A stretch of DNA of 64,000 nucleotides from Vicinamibacteria bacterium (GTDB taxonomy: Bacteria; Acidobacteriota; Vicinamibacteria; Vicinamibacterales; UBA8438). Position 1 is the first letter of the stretch; every line of letters starts with the position of its first letter. Location: assembly GCA_963578725.1 (NCBI GenBank), contig CAUZDS010000015.1, positions 10,000 to 73,999 on the forward strand, given 5' to 3'. The position numbers and the translations under genes were made by a program. The notes under the pieces are model-generated. The model saw nothing but the letters and a program-made list of their open reading frames with translations. It searched no databases and was not told where the DNA came from. Below, piece by piece: positions 22,328 through 31,782 of the stretch.

Positions 22328-24517
22328 ATGCCAGCAACCCTTCCGGCTCGAGGTCGCCACACCGGGCTGCTGCTCGTCTCGCTCGCCCTTGCCGGATGTG
22401 CGTCAGCGCCGCCGACGTCGGTTCTGGCCCCGGTCGTCATCCGACATGAGCAGAAACTGGCCTGGATTCTGAGGCTGGAGGACGAACGTCTGTTGCGCGA
22501 CTCGTCCTTGCCGGTGTCCGAGGACATTGCGCGGGTTGAGGGGGCGGACGTGGGGGTGACCCCGGTCTCGGACGATGCTGTCGCCGCGGGTGCGGTCAGC
22601 CTGCCCCAGACGGCGACACCGGACCTGCTCAGTCTCATCGAGGACCCCAGCGCCGCGATCCGGCGCCGGTCAGCGCTGGCGATCGGCCGCGTCGGGCTCG
22701 GCGAAGGGGTTCCGGCGCTCGTGGGCGCCCTGTCCGATCAGCAGATGGAGGTGCGGGAGATCGCTGCGTTCGGTCTGGGGCTGATCGGTGACGCGGTGGC
22801 GGTCGAGCCGCTGGTCGAGGCGCTCCGGGACGTGTCGCCGGTGGTCCAGGGGCAGGCCGCACGGGCGCTGGGCACGCTGGGAGCGACCGGGACGGTGGAC
22901 GCGATCCAGGCGATGGTCGCGATGCACATGACCGAAGCCTATGACGTCGACCCGGAGGAGCTCGGTCACCCACTTACGCCGCGGATCGAAGCGTTCAGAT
23001 CCGGCCTTTACGCGCTGGCGGCGCTCGGGGCCTACGACGCGCTGGCGGCGACGATCCTAACCGAGGACGGGGAACCAATTCTGTGGTGGTGGCCGGTGGC
23101 CTACGCTTTCGGACAGGTAGGTGACTTGAGGGCCGTGGGGCCGCTGCGAACGCTTGCCGGTATCCAGGGCAGTATCGGCGTGTCGATCGCGGCCCGGGGA
23201 CTGGGCTCGCTCGGTGACAGCTCGGCCCTACCGATCCTGCTGGAGCTGCTCGACCCGAGACGGCGTGATGCGCGTGTCGTGATCACCGCCGTGCGGGCGC
23301 TAGCCGAGCTCGGGGATGACCAAGCCGCCCCGCAGTTGCGCCGGTTGCTCCAGACACCCGACCTCGACCCGGCGCTGTTGCTGGAGTTGGTCGAGGCGCT
23401 GGCAGCGGTCGACGCGCAGGACTCGACGGACGTCATGGTCGAGCTGCTGTCTCATCCGTGGCCGCCGCTGCGTGGCGCCGCGTTGCGCGGGCTGGCGCGG
23501 CTCGACCCCGAGCTCTTCGTTCTGGTGCTCTCGGGGTTGCAGCCCGACTCCCAGTGGCAGGTCCGTGTCGATCTGGCTCGTGCGCTGGCTTTCGTAGAGC
23601 CGGATGTCGCCGCTTTCCGGCTGGCGCTGATGCTCGAAGACATAGATCGGCGCGTCATTGCCGAGGTCCTCCGATCGCTGGCGACGGTGCGGTCACCCGA
23701 CACCGTGGAGGTGCTGTTGGCGAGCCTGTCGGACAGCGACGTCGTGGTGCGAAAGACGGCCGCCACGCTGCTCGGCGAGCTCGAGGTGAGCCGGGCGGTC
23801 GAGGCGTTGGGGGCCGCGTATCGAGACGCGGCGGGCGACCCGTCGTATCTGGCGCGGGCCGCAGTGGTTGATGCGCTCGCTCGGATCGGAGGCGCTACCG
23901 CGCTCGAGACGCTACGGTCGGCGCGGGAGGATCCTGACTGGGCCGTCCGCGTCCGCGCGGCGCAGCATCTGACGAGGCTCGACCCGTCGAGCGACGCCGA
24001 ATCGGCGATTCGACCGGCCCCGTTGCGGTTGCCTCTCGAGGCGTATAGCTCGCTGGAATTGGTGACGCCCTCGGTTTCGCCGCACGTCTTCATCGAGACC
24101 GACCGGGGCACCATCCAACTCGAGCTGGCGGTCAACGAGGCGCCGCTCACGTGCGACAACTTCATGCGCCTTGCCCGCTCCGGTTTCTACAACGGGTTGT
24201 TGGTGCATCGGGTGGTGCCCGACTATGTCGTGCAGGCGGGCGATCCGCGAGGGGACAGCGAGGGTGGCCCGGGGTACACCGTTCGCGACGAATTGAGTCC
24301 GCTACCCTTCTTGCGGGGCACGGTAGGGATGGCTCTCGACTGGGCGGATACGGGGGGGAGCCAGTTCTTCATCACGACATCGCCGCAACCTCAGCTCGAT
24401 GCACGCTACCCGGTGTTCGGCAAGGTGATTGCCGGTATGGAGGTGGCGGACCAGCTTCAGCGCGGTGACGTGATCCGGCTGGTGCGGGTGTGGGACGGCA
24501 CGACCCCGCTGCCCTAG
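22328..24517 (+). CDS. Lipoprotein with HEAT/PBS repeats and a C-terminal cyclophilin-type PPIase
   Basis: Lipobox LALAGC; many HEAT-like repeats (VPALVGALSD, VEPLVEALRD); cyclophilin motifs GFYNGLLVHRVV, QAGDP, GSQFFIT, YPVFGKV. Confidence 0.88.
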   Translation: MPATLPARGRHTGLLLVSLALAGCASAPPTSVLAPVVIRHEQKLAWILRLEDERLLRDSSLPVSEDIARVEGADVGVTPVSDDAVAAGAVSLPQTATPDLLSLIEDPSAAIRRRSALAIGRVGLGEGVPALVGALSDQQMEVREIAAFGLGLIGDAVAVEPLVEALRDVSPVVQGQAARALGTLGATGTVDAIQAMVAMHMTEAYDVDPEELGHPLTPRIEAFRSGLYALAALGAYDALAATILTEDGEPILWWWPVAYAFGQVGDLRAVGPLRTLAGIQGSIGVSIAARGLGSLGDSSALPILLELLDPRRRDARVVITAVRALAELGDDQAAPQLRRLLQTPDLDPALLLELVEALAAVDAQDSTDVMVELLSHPWPPLRGAALRGLARLDPELFVLVLSGLQPDSQWQVRVDLARALAFVEPDVAAFRLALMLEDIDRRVIAEVLRSLATVRSPDTVEVLLASLSDSDVVVRKTAATLLGELEVSRAVEALGAAYRDAAGDPSYLARAAVVDALARIGGATALETLRSAREDPDWAVRVRAAQHLTRLDPSSDAESAIRPAPLRLPLEAYSSLELVTPSVSPHVFIETDRGTIQLELAVNEAPLTCDNFMRLARSGFYNGLLVHRVVPDYVVQAGDPRGDSEGGPGYTVRDELSPLPFLRGTVGMALDWADTGGSQFFITTSPQPQLDARYPVFGKVIAGMEVADQLQRGDVIRLVRVWDGTTPLP

Positions 24518-24622
24518 AAAACCGCGGTGAAGCCCGGCTTTACACCTATGGTCAGCGCCGGTCGAATCGCCGTGGGCTCGACCTGGTGACCGGGCCGCGG
24601 GGGAGACGGCGCGCGACCGTAC

Positions 24623-24658
24623 AAAAAAAAAGGGGACGACAGAGCGCCCCCTCTTTCT
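24623..24658 (-). terminator. Intrinsic terminator (possibly bidirectional) after the Lys-rich gene
   Basis: Minus strand GAGGGGGCG-ctctgt-CGTCCCCTT followed by a long T run; the plus strand also ends in TCTTTCT. Confidence 0.8.
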
Positions 24659-24676
24659 GAAGTCGGGAAGAGCGGC

Positions 24677-24805
24677 TTAGCGCTTCTTCCCACCCTTCTT
24701 GGCAGCCTTCTTCACTACCTTCTTGGCTACCTTCTTGACGGCCTTCTTGGCTACCTTCTTGACGGCCTTCTTGGCAGCCTTCTTCTTCGTTGCCTTCTTT
24801 GCCAT
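24677..24805 (-). CDS. 42-aa Lys/Ala/Val-rich histone-H1-like basic protein (missing from the ORF track)
   Basis: MAKKATKKKAAKKAVKKVAKKAVKKVAKKVVKKAAKKGGKKR; perfect SD AAGGAGG, upstream promoter and downstream terminator. Confidence 0.85.
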   Translation of the reverse strand: MAKKATKKKAAKKAVKKVAKKAVKKVAKKVVKKAAKKGGKKR

Positions 24806-24899
24806 TCTTCCTCCTTGGCACGCGGTCGCTCAGCGAGATTTACCTGCTCGGAACATCACAACAGGTGGTCTGAGCCGCCCACCCTCATACCAGATGTAG

Positions 24900-24927
24900 A
24901 TTATGGGTGAGAAAACGAGTGTGTCAA
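24900..24927 (-). promoter_or_regulatory. sigma70-type promoter of the Lys-rich gene
   Basis: TTGACA-N16-CATAAT on the minus strand. Confidence 0.65.
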
Positions 24928-25010
24928 GCACAAATTTCGCCGCGAGTCGAAACACGCTCGTCTCATCCCGAGCCATCCTATCGGTTGATGGTCGCCAAAA
25001 CTGTAATGCA

Positions 25011-26174
25011 TCAAAAGACGCTCGTCCGGGATTCCTGCTTTTCGGCGTGTCGATCGGCGGCCAGCGAGATCAGCCGGTCGAGCATCGCGGGATAGCTCAG
25101 TCCGGTGGCTTCCCACATCTTGGAAAACATGCTGGTCGTGGTGAAGCCCGGGTGGGTGTTGATTTCGTTGACAAAGACGCGGTCGGTATTCCGTTCGAGC
25201 AGGAAGTCCACACGCGCCATGCCGGCGCCGTCGATGGCGCGGAACGCACTGACCGCCAGCCGTTGGATCTCATGGGTGAGTTCAGGTGCTAGCGGCGCGG
25301 GAACGACGATCTCGGAACGGCCATCAAGATATTTGGCCGCGTAGTCGTAGAAGTCGCCTGATGGGATGATTTCTCCAGGCACCGACGCGACGGGGTCGCC
25401 GTTGCCGAGCACGGCGCACTCGATCTCGCGGCACGGCGTCACGCTCTCCTCAACCAATATCTTTCGGTCGAACTCGGCCGCCAGATCGATCGCGCTCGAC
25501 AACGACCCGCGATCCGTCGCGTGTGAGATACCCACGCTTGACCCAAGGTTGGCTGGTTTGACGAACAACGGGAATTCGAGCCGTTCGCTCAGTCCGGCCA
25601 CGACCTTGGAGCGGTCTGCCCGCCAGGTTCGCCGCAACACGATGTCATGCTTCACGGTCGGCAGCCCCCTCGCGGCAAATAGCACCTTCATCACCGTCTT
25701 GTCCATTGCCGCGGCCGAGGCGAGGACGCCGGCGCCGACGTAGGGGATATTGGCAAGCTCGAGCAGACCCTGCAGGGTGCCGTCTTCACCGTAGGGACCG
25801 TGCACGATCGGGAAGATCATGTCGAGGGCCAGCGTGTGGACGATCGCGTGGTCCTTGCCCTCGGACCCAGACCCTGCGACACGTTCGACGGTGAGCAGCG
25901 TTTCCTCACCGGGGCGCGCGACCAGATGCACTTCCCGCGCCGGGTGTTTAGGGCGGTGGTGCTCGAGCCGGGCGCGCTCGATCGTGTCGACGGCCGATGC
26001 CAGGGTCGGGGGACCTTCAGCGAGCGCCCAGCGGCCGGCCCGCTCGATACGGAGCGGTACCGGTTCGTATCGCTCGCGGTCCAGGTTGGCGAAGATTGCG
26101 GCGGCCGACGCCAGCGACACTTCATGTTCGCTCGAGCGGCCGCCGTAGATGACGCCGATGCGGAGACGTCTCAC
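25011..26174 (-). CDS. ddl: D-alanine--D-alanine ligase
   Basis: GGRSSEHEVS, HGPYGEDGTLQG, KPANLGSSVG, FYDYAAKY, NEINTHPGFT. Confidence 0.97.
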   Translation of the reverse strand: MRRLRIGVIYGGRSSEHEVSLASAAAIFANLDRERYEPVPLRIERAGRWALAEGPPTLASAVDTIERARLEHHRPKHPAREVHLVARPGEETLLTVERVAGSGSEGKDHAIVHTLALDMIFPIVHGPYGEDGTLQGLLELANIPYVGAGVLASAAAMDKTVMKVLFAARGLPTVKHDIVLRRTWRADRSKVVAGLSERLEFPLFVKPANLGSSVGISHATDRGSLSSAIDLAAEFDRKILVEESVTPCREIECAVLGNGDPVASVPGEIIPSGDFYDYAAKYLDGRSEIVVPAPLAPELTHEIQRLAVSAFRAIDGAGMARVDFLLERNTDRVFVNEINTHPGFTTTSMFSKMWEATGLSYPAMLDRLISLAADRHAEKQESRTSVF

Positions 26175-26366
26175 TCCGAAATCCGGATCGAGTGGCCGGT
26201 CTCACGTAGACGCGACATGCCTCCCGGGTGGAGCATCCCGTGGTGGGCGACTCCGATCGGCTCGATTTGCGGGGTCACGGACTGCCCGCGTGTTCCCGTA
26301 CAGTGTCTTGCCCAGGTTCGGCGACGGAAGGACCAGAGCATTCGCAACACTGTGTAGTATACGCCA

Positions 26367-27530
26367 GTGCCAGAAGGTTTCTCGTACTCTGTGACCCATC
26401 GCGACGCTGGCGCGCGCGCCGGCGAGTTACGGACGCCACACGGCCTCGTGCGGACCCCGGCCTTCGCGCCGGTCGGCACCCGGGGCGCGGTCAAGGGGGT
26501 CACCCACCGTGACCTGGTCGGTCTCGGCACAGAGATCATCCTGGCCAACGCGTATCACCTGCATTTGCGTCCGGGCGCGGCGCTCGTGGAGCGGGCCGGT
26601 GGGCTGCATCGGTTCATGGGTTGGGACCGGCCAGTGCTGACCGACAGCGGCGGATACCAGGTGTTCAGCCAAGGGGACCGCCGGCAGATCGATGAAGACG
26701 GCGTTTCGTTCCGCTCCCACCTCGACGGCAGCCTGCAGCGGCTTTCTCCGGAAGGTGCTACGGACATCCAGATCCGGCTGGGCGCTGACATCGCGATGGT
26801 GTTCGACGAGTGCGCCAGTTACCCGGTGTCTGAAGACCAGGCGAAGAGCTCGATGGAGCGGACCCTACGGTGGGCACGACGAGGCCGGGAGCGGTTTCTG
26901 GCAATCACCGACCATCCGAGCGTGCTCGGCGGTGAGGTTTCCAACCCCGGTCAGGCGCAGTTCGGTATCGTGCAGGGCGGCGTATACGGCCGGTTGCGTG
27001 AGCGGAGCGTTCTGGAAACGGTGGTGCTCGAGTTCGAAGGGTACGCCATCGGTGGGTTGAGCGTCGGCGAACCGGTGGACCTGATGTACGACGTTGTGGC
27101 CGGCACGGCGGAGATGCTGCCCGACGACCGGGTTCGGTATCTTATGGGCACCGGCATGCCTGACGACCTGGTCGAGTGCGTGGCCCGGGGTATCGACCTG
27201 TTCGACTGCGTGCTTCCCACGCGCAACGCGCGAAATGGGCAGCTCCTGACGCGTGCCGGGCCGCTGTCGATCAAGCAGGCGCGGTATGCCGAGGACCAGA
27301 GACCCCCGGATCCAGACTGCGGGTGCTACACATGTCGGCACTTCTCGCGGGCCTACCTCCGCTATCTGTTCGTGGCCGGTGAGATGACGGCGAGCACCCT
27401 TAACACATTGCATAACATACACTTCTACCTTGACACGATGCGTAGAATGAGAGAGGCTGTTGTGTTCGGCTCGTTCGAACAGTTCAGACAACGATTCCAC
27501 GAGACGTTCTCTCGCCGACCCCGTCCATAG
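26367..27530 (+). CDS. tgt: Queuine tRNA-ribosyltransferase
   Basis: TDSGGYQVFS, FDEC, GIVQGG, GGLSVGE, FDCVLPTRNARNG, CxCxxC...H zinc site. Confidence 0.97.
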   Translation: MPEGFSYSVTHRDAGARAGELRTPHGLVRTPAFAPVGTRGAVKGVTHRDLVGLGTEIILANAYHLHLRPGAALVERAGGLHRFMGWDRPVLTDSGGYQVFSQGDRRQIDEDGVSFRSHLDGSLQRLSPEGATDIQIRLGADIAMVFDECASYPVSEDQAKSSMERTLRWARRGRERFLAITDHPSVLGGEVSNPGQAQFGIVQGGVYGRLRERSVLETVVLEFEGYAIGGLSVGEPVDLMYDVVAGTAEMLPDDRVRYLMGTGMPDDLVECVARGIDLFDCVLPTRNARNGQLLTRAGPLSIKQARYAEDQRPPDPDCGCYTCRHFSRAYLRYLFVAGEMTASTLNTLHNIHFYLDTMRRMREAVVFGSFEQFRQRFHETFSRRPRP

Positions 27531-27554
27531 GAGCCCGTGGTGAGATCCCACGTG

Positions 27555-27680
27555 GCACCAAATCGGCGATGTGCCCGGCTGGCAAGGCGCGATGAGCGAA
27601 CACGTTGGCGGATATGTGGCCGAGGAGCAACACCGCTCTGGCGGGATTGGGGGGGGCTTACACCGCCGGCTTCGAGTGGC
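27555..27680. repeat. Degenerate MITE/REP-like element, copy A
   Basis: Shares GCCCGGCTGG with 37385-37428 in the same orientation and GAGGAGCAACACCG with it in the opposite orientation. Confidence 0.5.
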
Positions 27681-27773
27681 CTGTGCCGTGTGACCTGCGC
27701 GGAGAGTGTCCGAGCCGATGACGCCAGCGGGAAGTGAGATGGCTCGCGGCCTGTCGTCAGCAAGAGGGTCCTA

Positions 27774-28124
27774 GTGCCTAGTTTCGGTATGCGAGCGGTG
27801 TATGCGATGGCGTCTCCGGCCGCGGGCGGGGCTGGGCCCGTCTGGGTGCAGTTCCTGCCGTTTGCGCTGATCCTGGCGATCTTCTATTTCATCATCTTGC
27901 TGCCGATGAAACGGCGGCAGAAGAAGGTGCGGGAGTTTCGGGACGCGTTGAAGGTAGGAGACACGGTCATCACGACCAGTGGGATCTACGGCAGCATCAC
28001 GAAGCTGAATGATCGGTCGGTGCAGCTGCAGGTCGCCGACAAGGTCCGGATCGAGGTTTCTCGGGCCGCGGTCGGCGGGTATCAGGGGCAGGACCCAGTG
28101 GTGCAGGATGCCGGGTCGATGTGA
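27774..28124 (+). CDS. yajC: Preprotein translocase subunit YajC
   Basis: TM segment FYFIILLP, LKVGDTVITTSGIYG; tgt-yajC-secD-secF order. Confidence 0.95.
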   Translation: MPSFGMRAVYAMASPAAGGAGPVWVQFLPFALILAIFYFIILLPMKRRQKKVREFRDALKVGDTVITTSGIYGSITKLNDRSVQLQVADKVRIEVSRAAVGGYQGQDPVVQDAGSM

Positions 28125-28205
28125 CGCGACGAACGGCTTCGGGTCGCGGTGATCGAACCCTTCTGAGGGGCGAGTGACAAGGCGGACGACAAAGCAGACA
28201 AAGCA

Positions 28206-29771
28206 ATGGCGAAGAACCTGCGCTGGAAGGTGCTGACGATCATCGGCGTGGTAGTGGCGGCCGGCGCTGCGGTGTATCCGCCGGAGGACCGGATCCGCCT
28301 CGGTCTGGATCTGCGTGGCGGTGTGCATATGGTGCTGCGGGTTCAGACCGACGACGCGCTGCGGCTAGAGACCGAGACCGTCGGCGAGCAGCTGAGAGAG
28401 CAGGCCAGTCTCGGCGGCATCTCGCTGAGCTCGACCGTCGCGGTGTCCCCGACGGAGCTGCGGATCGAGGGTGTGCCCCCCGACCGGGACCAGGAACTTC
28501 GGCAGATTGCGGACGACTTGCTGCAGGCGAGCTACGACCGCGACTCGGAGCCTGGCGGCGTCTACACCTTCCGCATGCGGCCGGGTGTCGAGCGGGCGTT
28601 GCGGGAGGAGGCGGTAAGGCAGGCGCTGCAGACGATCGAGCGACGTGTCAACGAACTTGGCGTGGCCGAACCGATCGTCGCTCCGCACGGTGTGGGCGGC
28701 GACCAGATCCTAGTTCAGTTGCCGGGTGTCGACGATGTCGCTCGTGCGAAGGAGATCATCCGTTCCACGGCGTTGCTCGAGCTTAAGCTGGTCGAGGAGG
28801 GACCGGCACCGTCGCGCGAAATGCTGCTGCAGACGAGAAGCGGCGTCGTGCCGCCTGACCTCGAGGTCGTCACCGGTGCCGATCAGTCGGCTGGGCCTGG
28901 TGTTGGTTCGACCGCCTACTATCTGGTCCGGCTGGTGGCGCCGGTCACAGGCAGGGATCTGCGTAACGCCAGACCGACGATCGACGAGTACAACCAGCCG
29001 GCGATCAGCTTCTCCTTCAACCGGGAAGGCGCGCGCAAGTTCGGGAACTTCACCGGGGCAAACGTCGGTCGCAGCCTGGCGGTCATCATGGACGATCGGG
29101 TCTACTCGGCGGCGGTGATCCAGGAGCGGATCGCCGACGAGGGCCGCATCACGGGCACCTTCTCGCAGGAGGAGGCGTCGGACCTCGCGCTGATTCTGCG
29201 GTCGGGTGCGCTGCCGGCATCGTTGACTTACCTCGAGGAACGGACCGTCGGTCCGACCCTGGGTGCCGATTCGATCCGCGCCGGGGTCATCGCGTCGATC
29301 ACAGGGCTGGTCGCCGTTGCGCTGTTCATGTTGGTCTACTACCGCCTGTCCGGGATCAACGCGGTCGTGGCGGTGGCGCTGAACCTGCTGATCCTGCTGG
29401 GCTGCATGGCCTACATCGGGGCGGTGCTCACGCTGCCGGGCATCGCCGGCTTCATCTTGACGATAGGCATGGGGGTTGACTCCAACGTGCTGATCTTCGA
29501 GCGGATCAAGGAGGAGCTGGGCTCGGCCAAGGGGGTGCGCGCCGCCGTCTCGGCGGGGTTCGACCGGGTGTTCCTCACCATTCTCGACACCCACATCGCC
29601 TCGCTCATCGCAGCGGCCTTTCTGTTCCAGTTCGGGTCGGGACCGATCAAGGGCTTTGCGACCACCCTGTTCTTCGGCCTCGTCTCGAATGTGTTCACGG
29701 CGGTGTTCGTGTCGCGAACGATATTTGAGGCGATCCTGACGCGTCGCCGGGAAGCGACGCTCAGCATCTAG
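28206..29771 (+). CDS. secD: Protein translocase subunit SecD
   Basis: LGLDLRGG, RVNELGVAEP, LRSGALP, GMGVDSNVLIFERI, GPIKGFA. Confidence 0.97.
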   Translation: MAKNLRWKVLTIIGVVVAAGAAVYPPEDRIRLGLDLRGGVHMVLRVQTDDALRLETETVGEQLREQASLGGISLSSTVAVSPTELRIEGVPPDRDQELRQIADDLLQASYDRDSEPGGVYTFRMRPGVERALREEAVRQALQTIERRVNELGVAEPIVAPHGVGGDQILVQLPGVDDVARAKEIIRSTALLELKLVEEGPAPSREMLLQTRSGVVPPDLEVVTGADQSAGPGVGSTAYYLVRLVAPVTGRDLRNARPTIDEYNQPAISFSFNREGARKFGNFTGANVGRSLAVIMDDRVYSAAVIQERIADEGRITGTFSQEEASDLALILRSGALPASLTYLEERTVGPTLGADSIRAGVIASITGLVAVALFMLVYYRLSGINAVVAVALNLLILLGCMAYIGAVLTLPGIAGFILTIGMGVDSNVLIFERIKEELGSAKGVRAAVSAGFDRVFLTILDTHIASLIAAAFLFQFGSGPIKGFATTLFFGLVSNVFTAVFVSRTIFEAILTRRREATLSI

Positions 29772-29837
29772 CGAGACTCGCCTCGGACCTTCAGCTCCCA
29801 GCCATCGAGGACGAGTCCACCAGACGCCAAGGCCCGT

Positions 29838-30824
29838 ATGCCTATCTTCAAGAACCCGAACTTCGACTTCCTTAAGTGGCGCTGGCCCGCCGTGGGTCTT
29901 TCGATCCTGATCATCGTCGCGGGCGTGGTCACGGTCGCGACCCAGGGTGGGCTCAGACTCGGCATCGACTTCTCGGGCGGCACGATCGTCATCGTGAAGT
30001 TCGATGCGCCGGTCACCGAGGACGCCGTCCGCGCTGCCATTAGCGGGGTCGCCGACGAGAACGTCGTCCAGCGTTACGGCACCGTCGATGCCAACGAGAT
30101 CCTGATCCGGTTGCCCCAAGGCGGACCAGAGGAGGGCACGAGTCTCGAGGAAGGGGCCAACGCTGTCGTTGCCGCACTCGGGCAGAGCTCGGTCGGTGGG
30201 TTCACCGTCATTGGCCAGGAGCTCGTCGGCCCGGTGATCGGCGAGGCGCTGAAGAGCCGCGGCATCAATGCCTTTCTGTTCGCGATGTTCGGCATCCTGG
30301 TCTATATCGGGCTCCGGTTTCGTTTCAGCTTCGCGGTGGGCGCCATTATCGCCGTGGCGCACGACATCCTCGTGACACTCTCGATACTCACCTTCGTCGG
30401 TTACGAGCTGTCCCTGAACGTCGTGGCCGCGATGTTGACGATCACCGGGTACTCCGTGAACGACTCGATCGTGGTCTTCGACCGCGTCCGGGAGAACCTC
30501 CGGCGCATGCGGCTGGATACGTTCGACACGCTGGTCAACACCAGCATCAACCAGACCCTGAGCCGTACCATCATCACGTCCGGCACGACCGCGTTCGCCG
30601 TGCTGGCCCTGTTTCTGTTCGGCGGCGAGGTGCTGCGTGGCTTCGCCTTCACGATGCTCGTCGGTGTGATCAGTGGCACGTATTCGACTATCTTTATTGC
30701 GGCTGCCGCCGCGATCGTCATCAGCGAGCGCCGCGCGTCGAGGCGCGCCCATGCCACTGCAGGGCGGGCCCAGACGACCTCGAAACCCAAGCGACGCACC
30801 CGGAAGACCCGTGTCCGCGCCTGA
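29838..30824 (+). CDS. secF: Protein translocase subunit SecF
   Basis: GIDFSGG, GYSVNDSIVVFDRVRE, TLSRTIITS, GTYSTIFIA. Confidence 0.97.
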   Translation: MPIFKNPNFDFLKWRWPAVGLSILIIVAGVVTVATQGGLRLGIDFSGGTIVIVKFDAPVTEDAVRAAISGVADENVVQRYGTVDANEILIRLPQGGPEEGTSLEEGANAVVAALGQSSVGGFTVIGQELVGPVIGEALKSRGINAFLFAMFGILVYIGLRFRFSFAVGAIIAVAHDILVTLSILTFVGYELSLNVVAAMLTITGYSVNDSIVVFDRVRENLRRMRLDTFDTLVNTSINQTLSRTIITSGTTAFAVLALFLFGGEVLRGFAFTMLVGVISGTYSTIFIAAAAAIVISERRASRRAHATAGRAQTTSKPKRRTRKTRVRA

Positions 30825-30946
30825 GGTTGCAGGAACCCTGGATTCGGCGGGGGCTCAGGGTCGTGGGATCTTCGGTTGACCAGGGCCACCGATACCGCTG
30901 TCACAGGATCTGAGATGGGCACGAATCACATGGATCACGATCGCGT

Positions 30947-31747
30947 GTGACCGTCATTCAGGCCGCGTTGCTCGGGGTCGTTCAGGGGCTGACCGAGTTT
31001 TTCCCGATCTCCAGCTCCGCGCACCTGATCCTGGTACGCGGCTTGTTGGGCTGGCAGGTGGGGTCGGCCGAGCTCGCGTTCGACGTGGCGTGTCATTTGG
31101 GCACGTTGTTCGCTGTGCTTACCTATTTTCGCGAGGATGTCGAGCGGTTGGCCGTCGCGGCCCCGGGTGCGCTTACCGGGCGGACCGGTGAGTCGGCCCG
31201 GGTTGGCCGGCTGATCATAGCGGCGACTGTCCCGATCGCGCTGGCGGGCTGGCTCTTCGCCGACCTCGTCGAGCACCTCCGCCAGCCTGGGATCGCCGCG
31301 GTGGCGCTAGTGGTCGGCGCGTTGGTGATGCTGGCGGCCGAGCGCATCGGGTCGCGTGGCCGGGCGTCGGCATCGCTCTCGACGATGGAGGCGGTCGGTC
31401 TCGGGTGCGCGCAGGCGGTCGCTTTGGTGCCTGGCGTTTCGCGGTCCGGGGCCGTCATCACCGTGGCGATGCTGGTCGGGTTGACACGTTCGGAGGCGGC
31501 GCGGTTCAGCTTTCTGATCGGAATTCCGGCGATTCTCGGCGCTGGCGTCCGGGTCGCGTGGACGCTGGGTGCGAGTGGGATGGCGGAGCAGACAACGGTG
31601 CTGCTGGTTGGCTTCGTGGCCTCCGGTGTGGTCGGGTATTTCGCCATCGCCGTGCTGCTCTGGTATGTCGAGCGCCACTCGCTCGACCCGTTTGCGTATT
31701 ACCGCCTCGTTGTCGCCGCGGCGCTGGGGATCTGGTTGGCGGCCTGA
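30947..31747 (+). CDS. uppP: Undecaprenyl-diphosphatase (BacA/UppP)
   Basis: QGLTEFFPISSSAH, PGVSRSG, AARFSFL, FAYYR. Confidence 0.95.
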   Translation: MTVIQAALLGVVQGLTEFFPISSSAHLILVRGLLGWQVGSAELAFDVACHLGTLFAVLTYFREDVERLAVAAPGALTGRTGESARVGRLIIAATVPIALAGWLFADLVEHLRQPGIAAVALVVGALVMLAAERIGSRGRASASLSTMEAVGLGCAQAVALVPGVSRSGAVITVAMLVGLTRSEAARFSFLIGIPAILGAGVRVAWTLGASGMAEQTTVLLVGFVASGVVGYFAIAVLLWYVERHSLDPFAYYRLVVAAALGIWLAA

Positions 31748-31782
31748 GGGTGCGGCCGTCGGTCGGCGGAACGGGACACTCG

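Noticed and set aside
24552-24899. ORF-track calls 24552-24821 (-) and 24699-24899 (+)
   Set aside because: Alternative frames of the Lys-rich repeat; the SD, promoter and terminator support the 24805-24677 frame.
28710-30752. 680-aa minus-strand ORF and other long antisense ORFs (e.g. 8542-9735, 20236-21633, 31699-32940, 36022-37011)
   Set aside because: They lie opposite well-supported genes and have no recognisable motifs; stop-poor shadow frames are expected with GC-rich codon usage.
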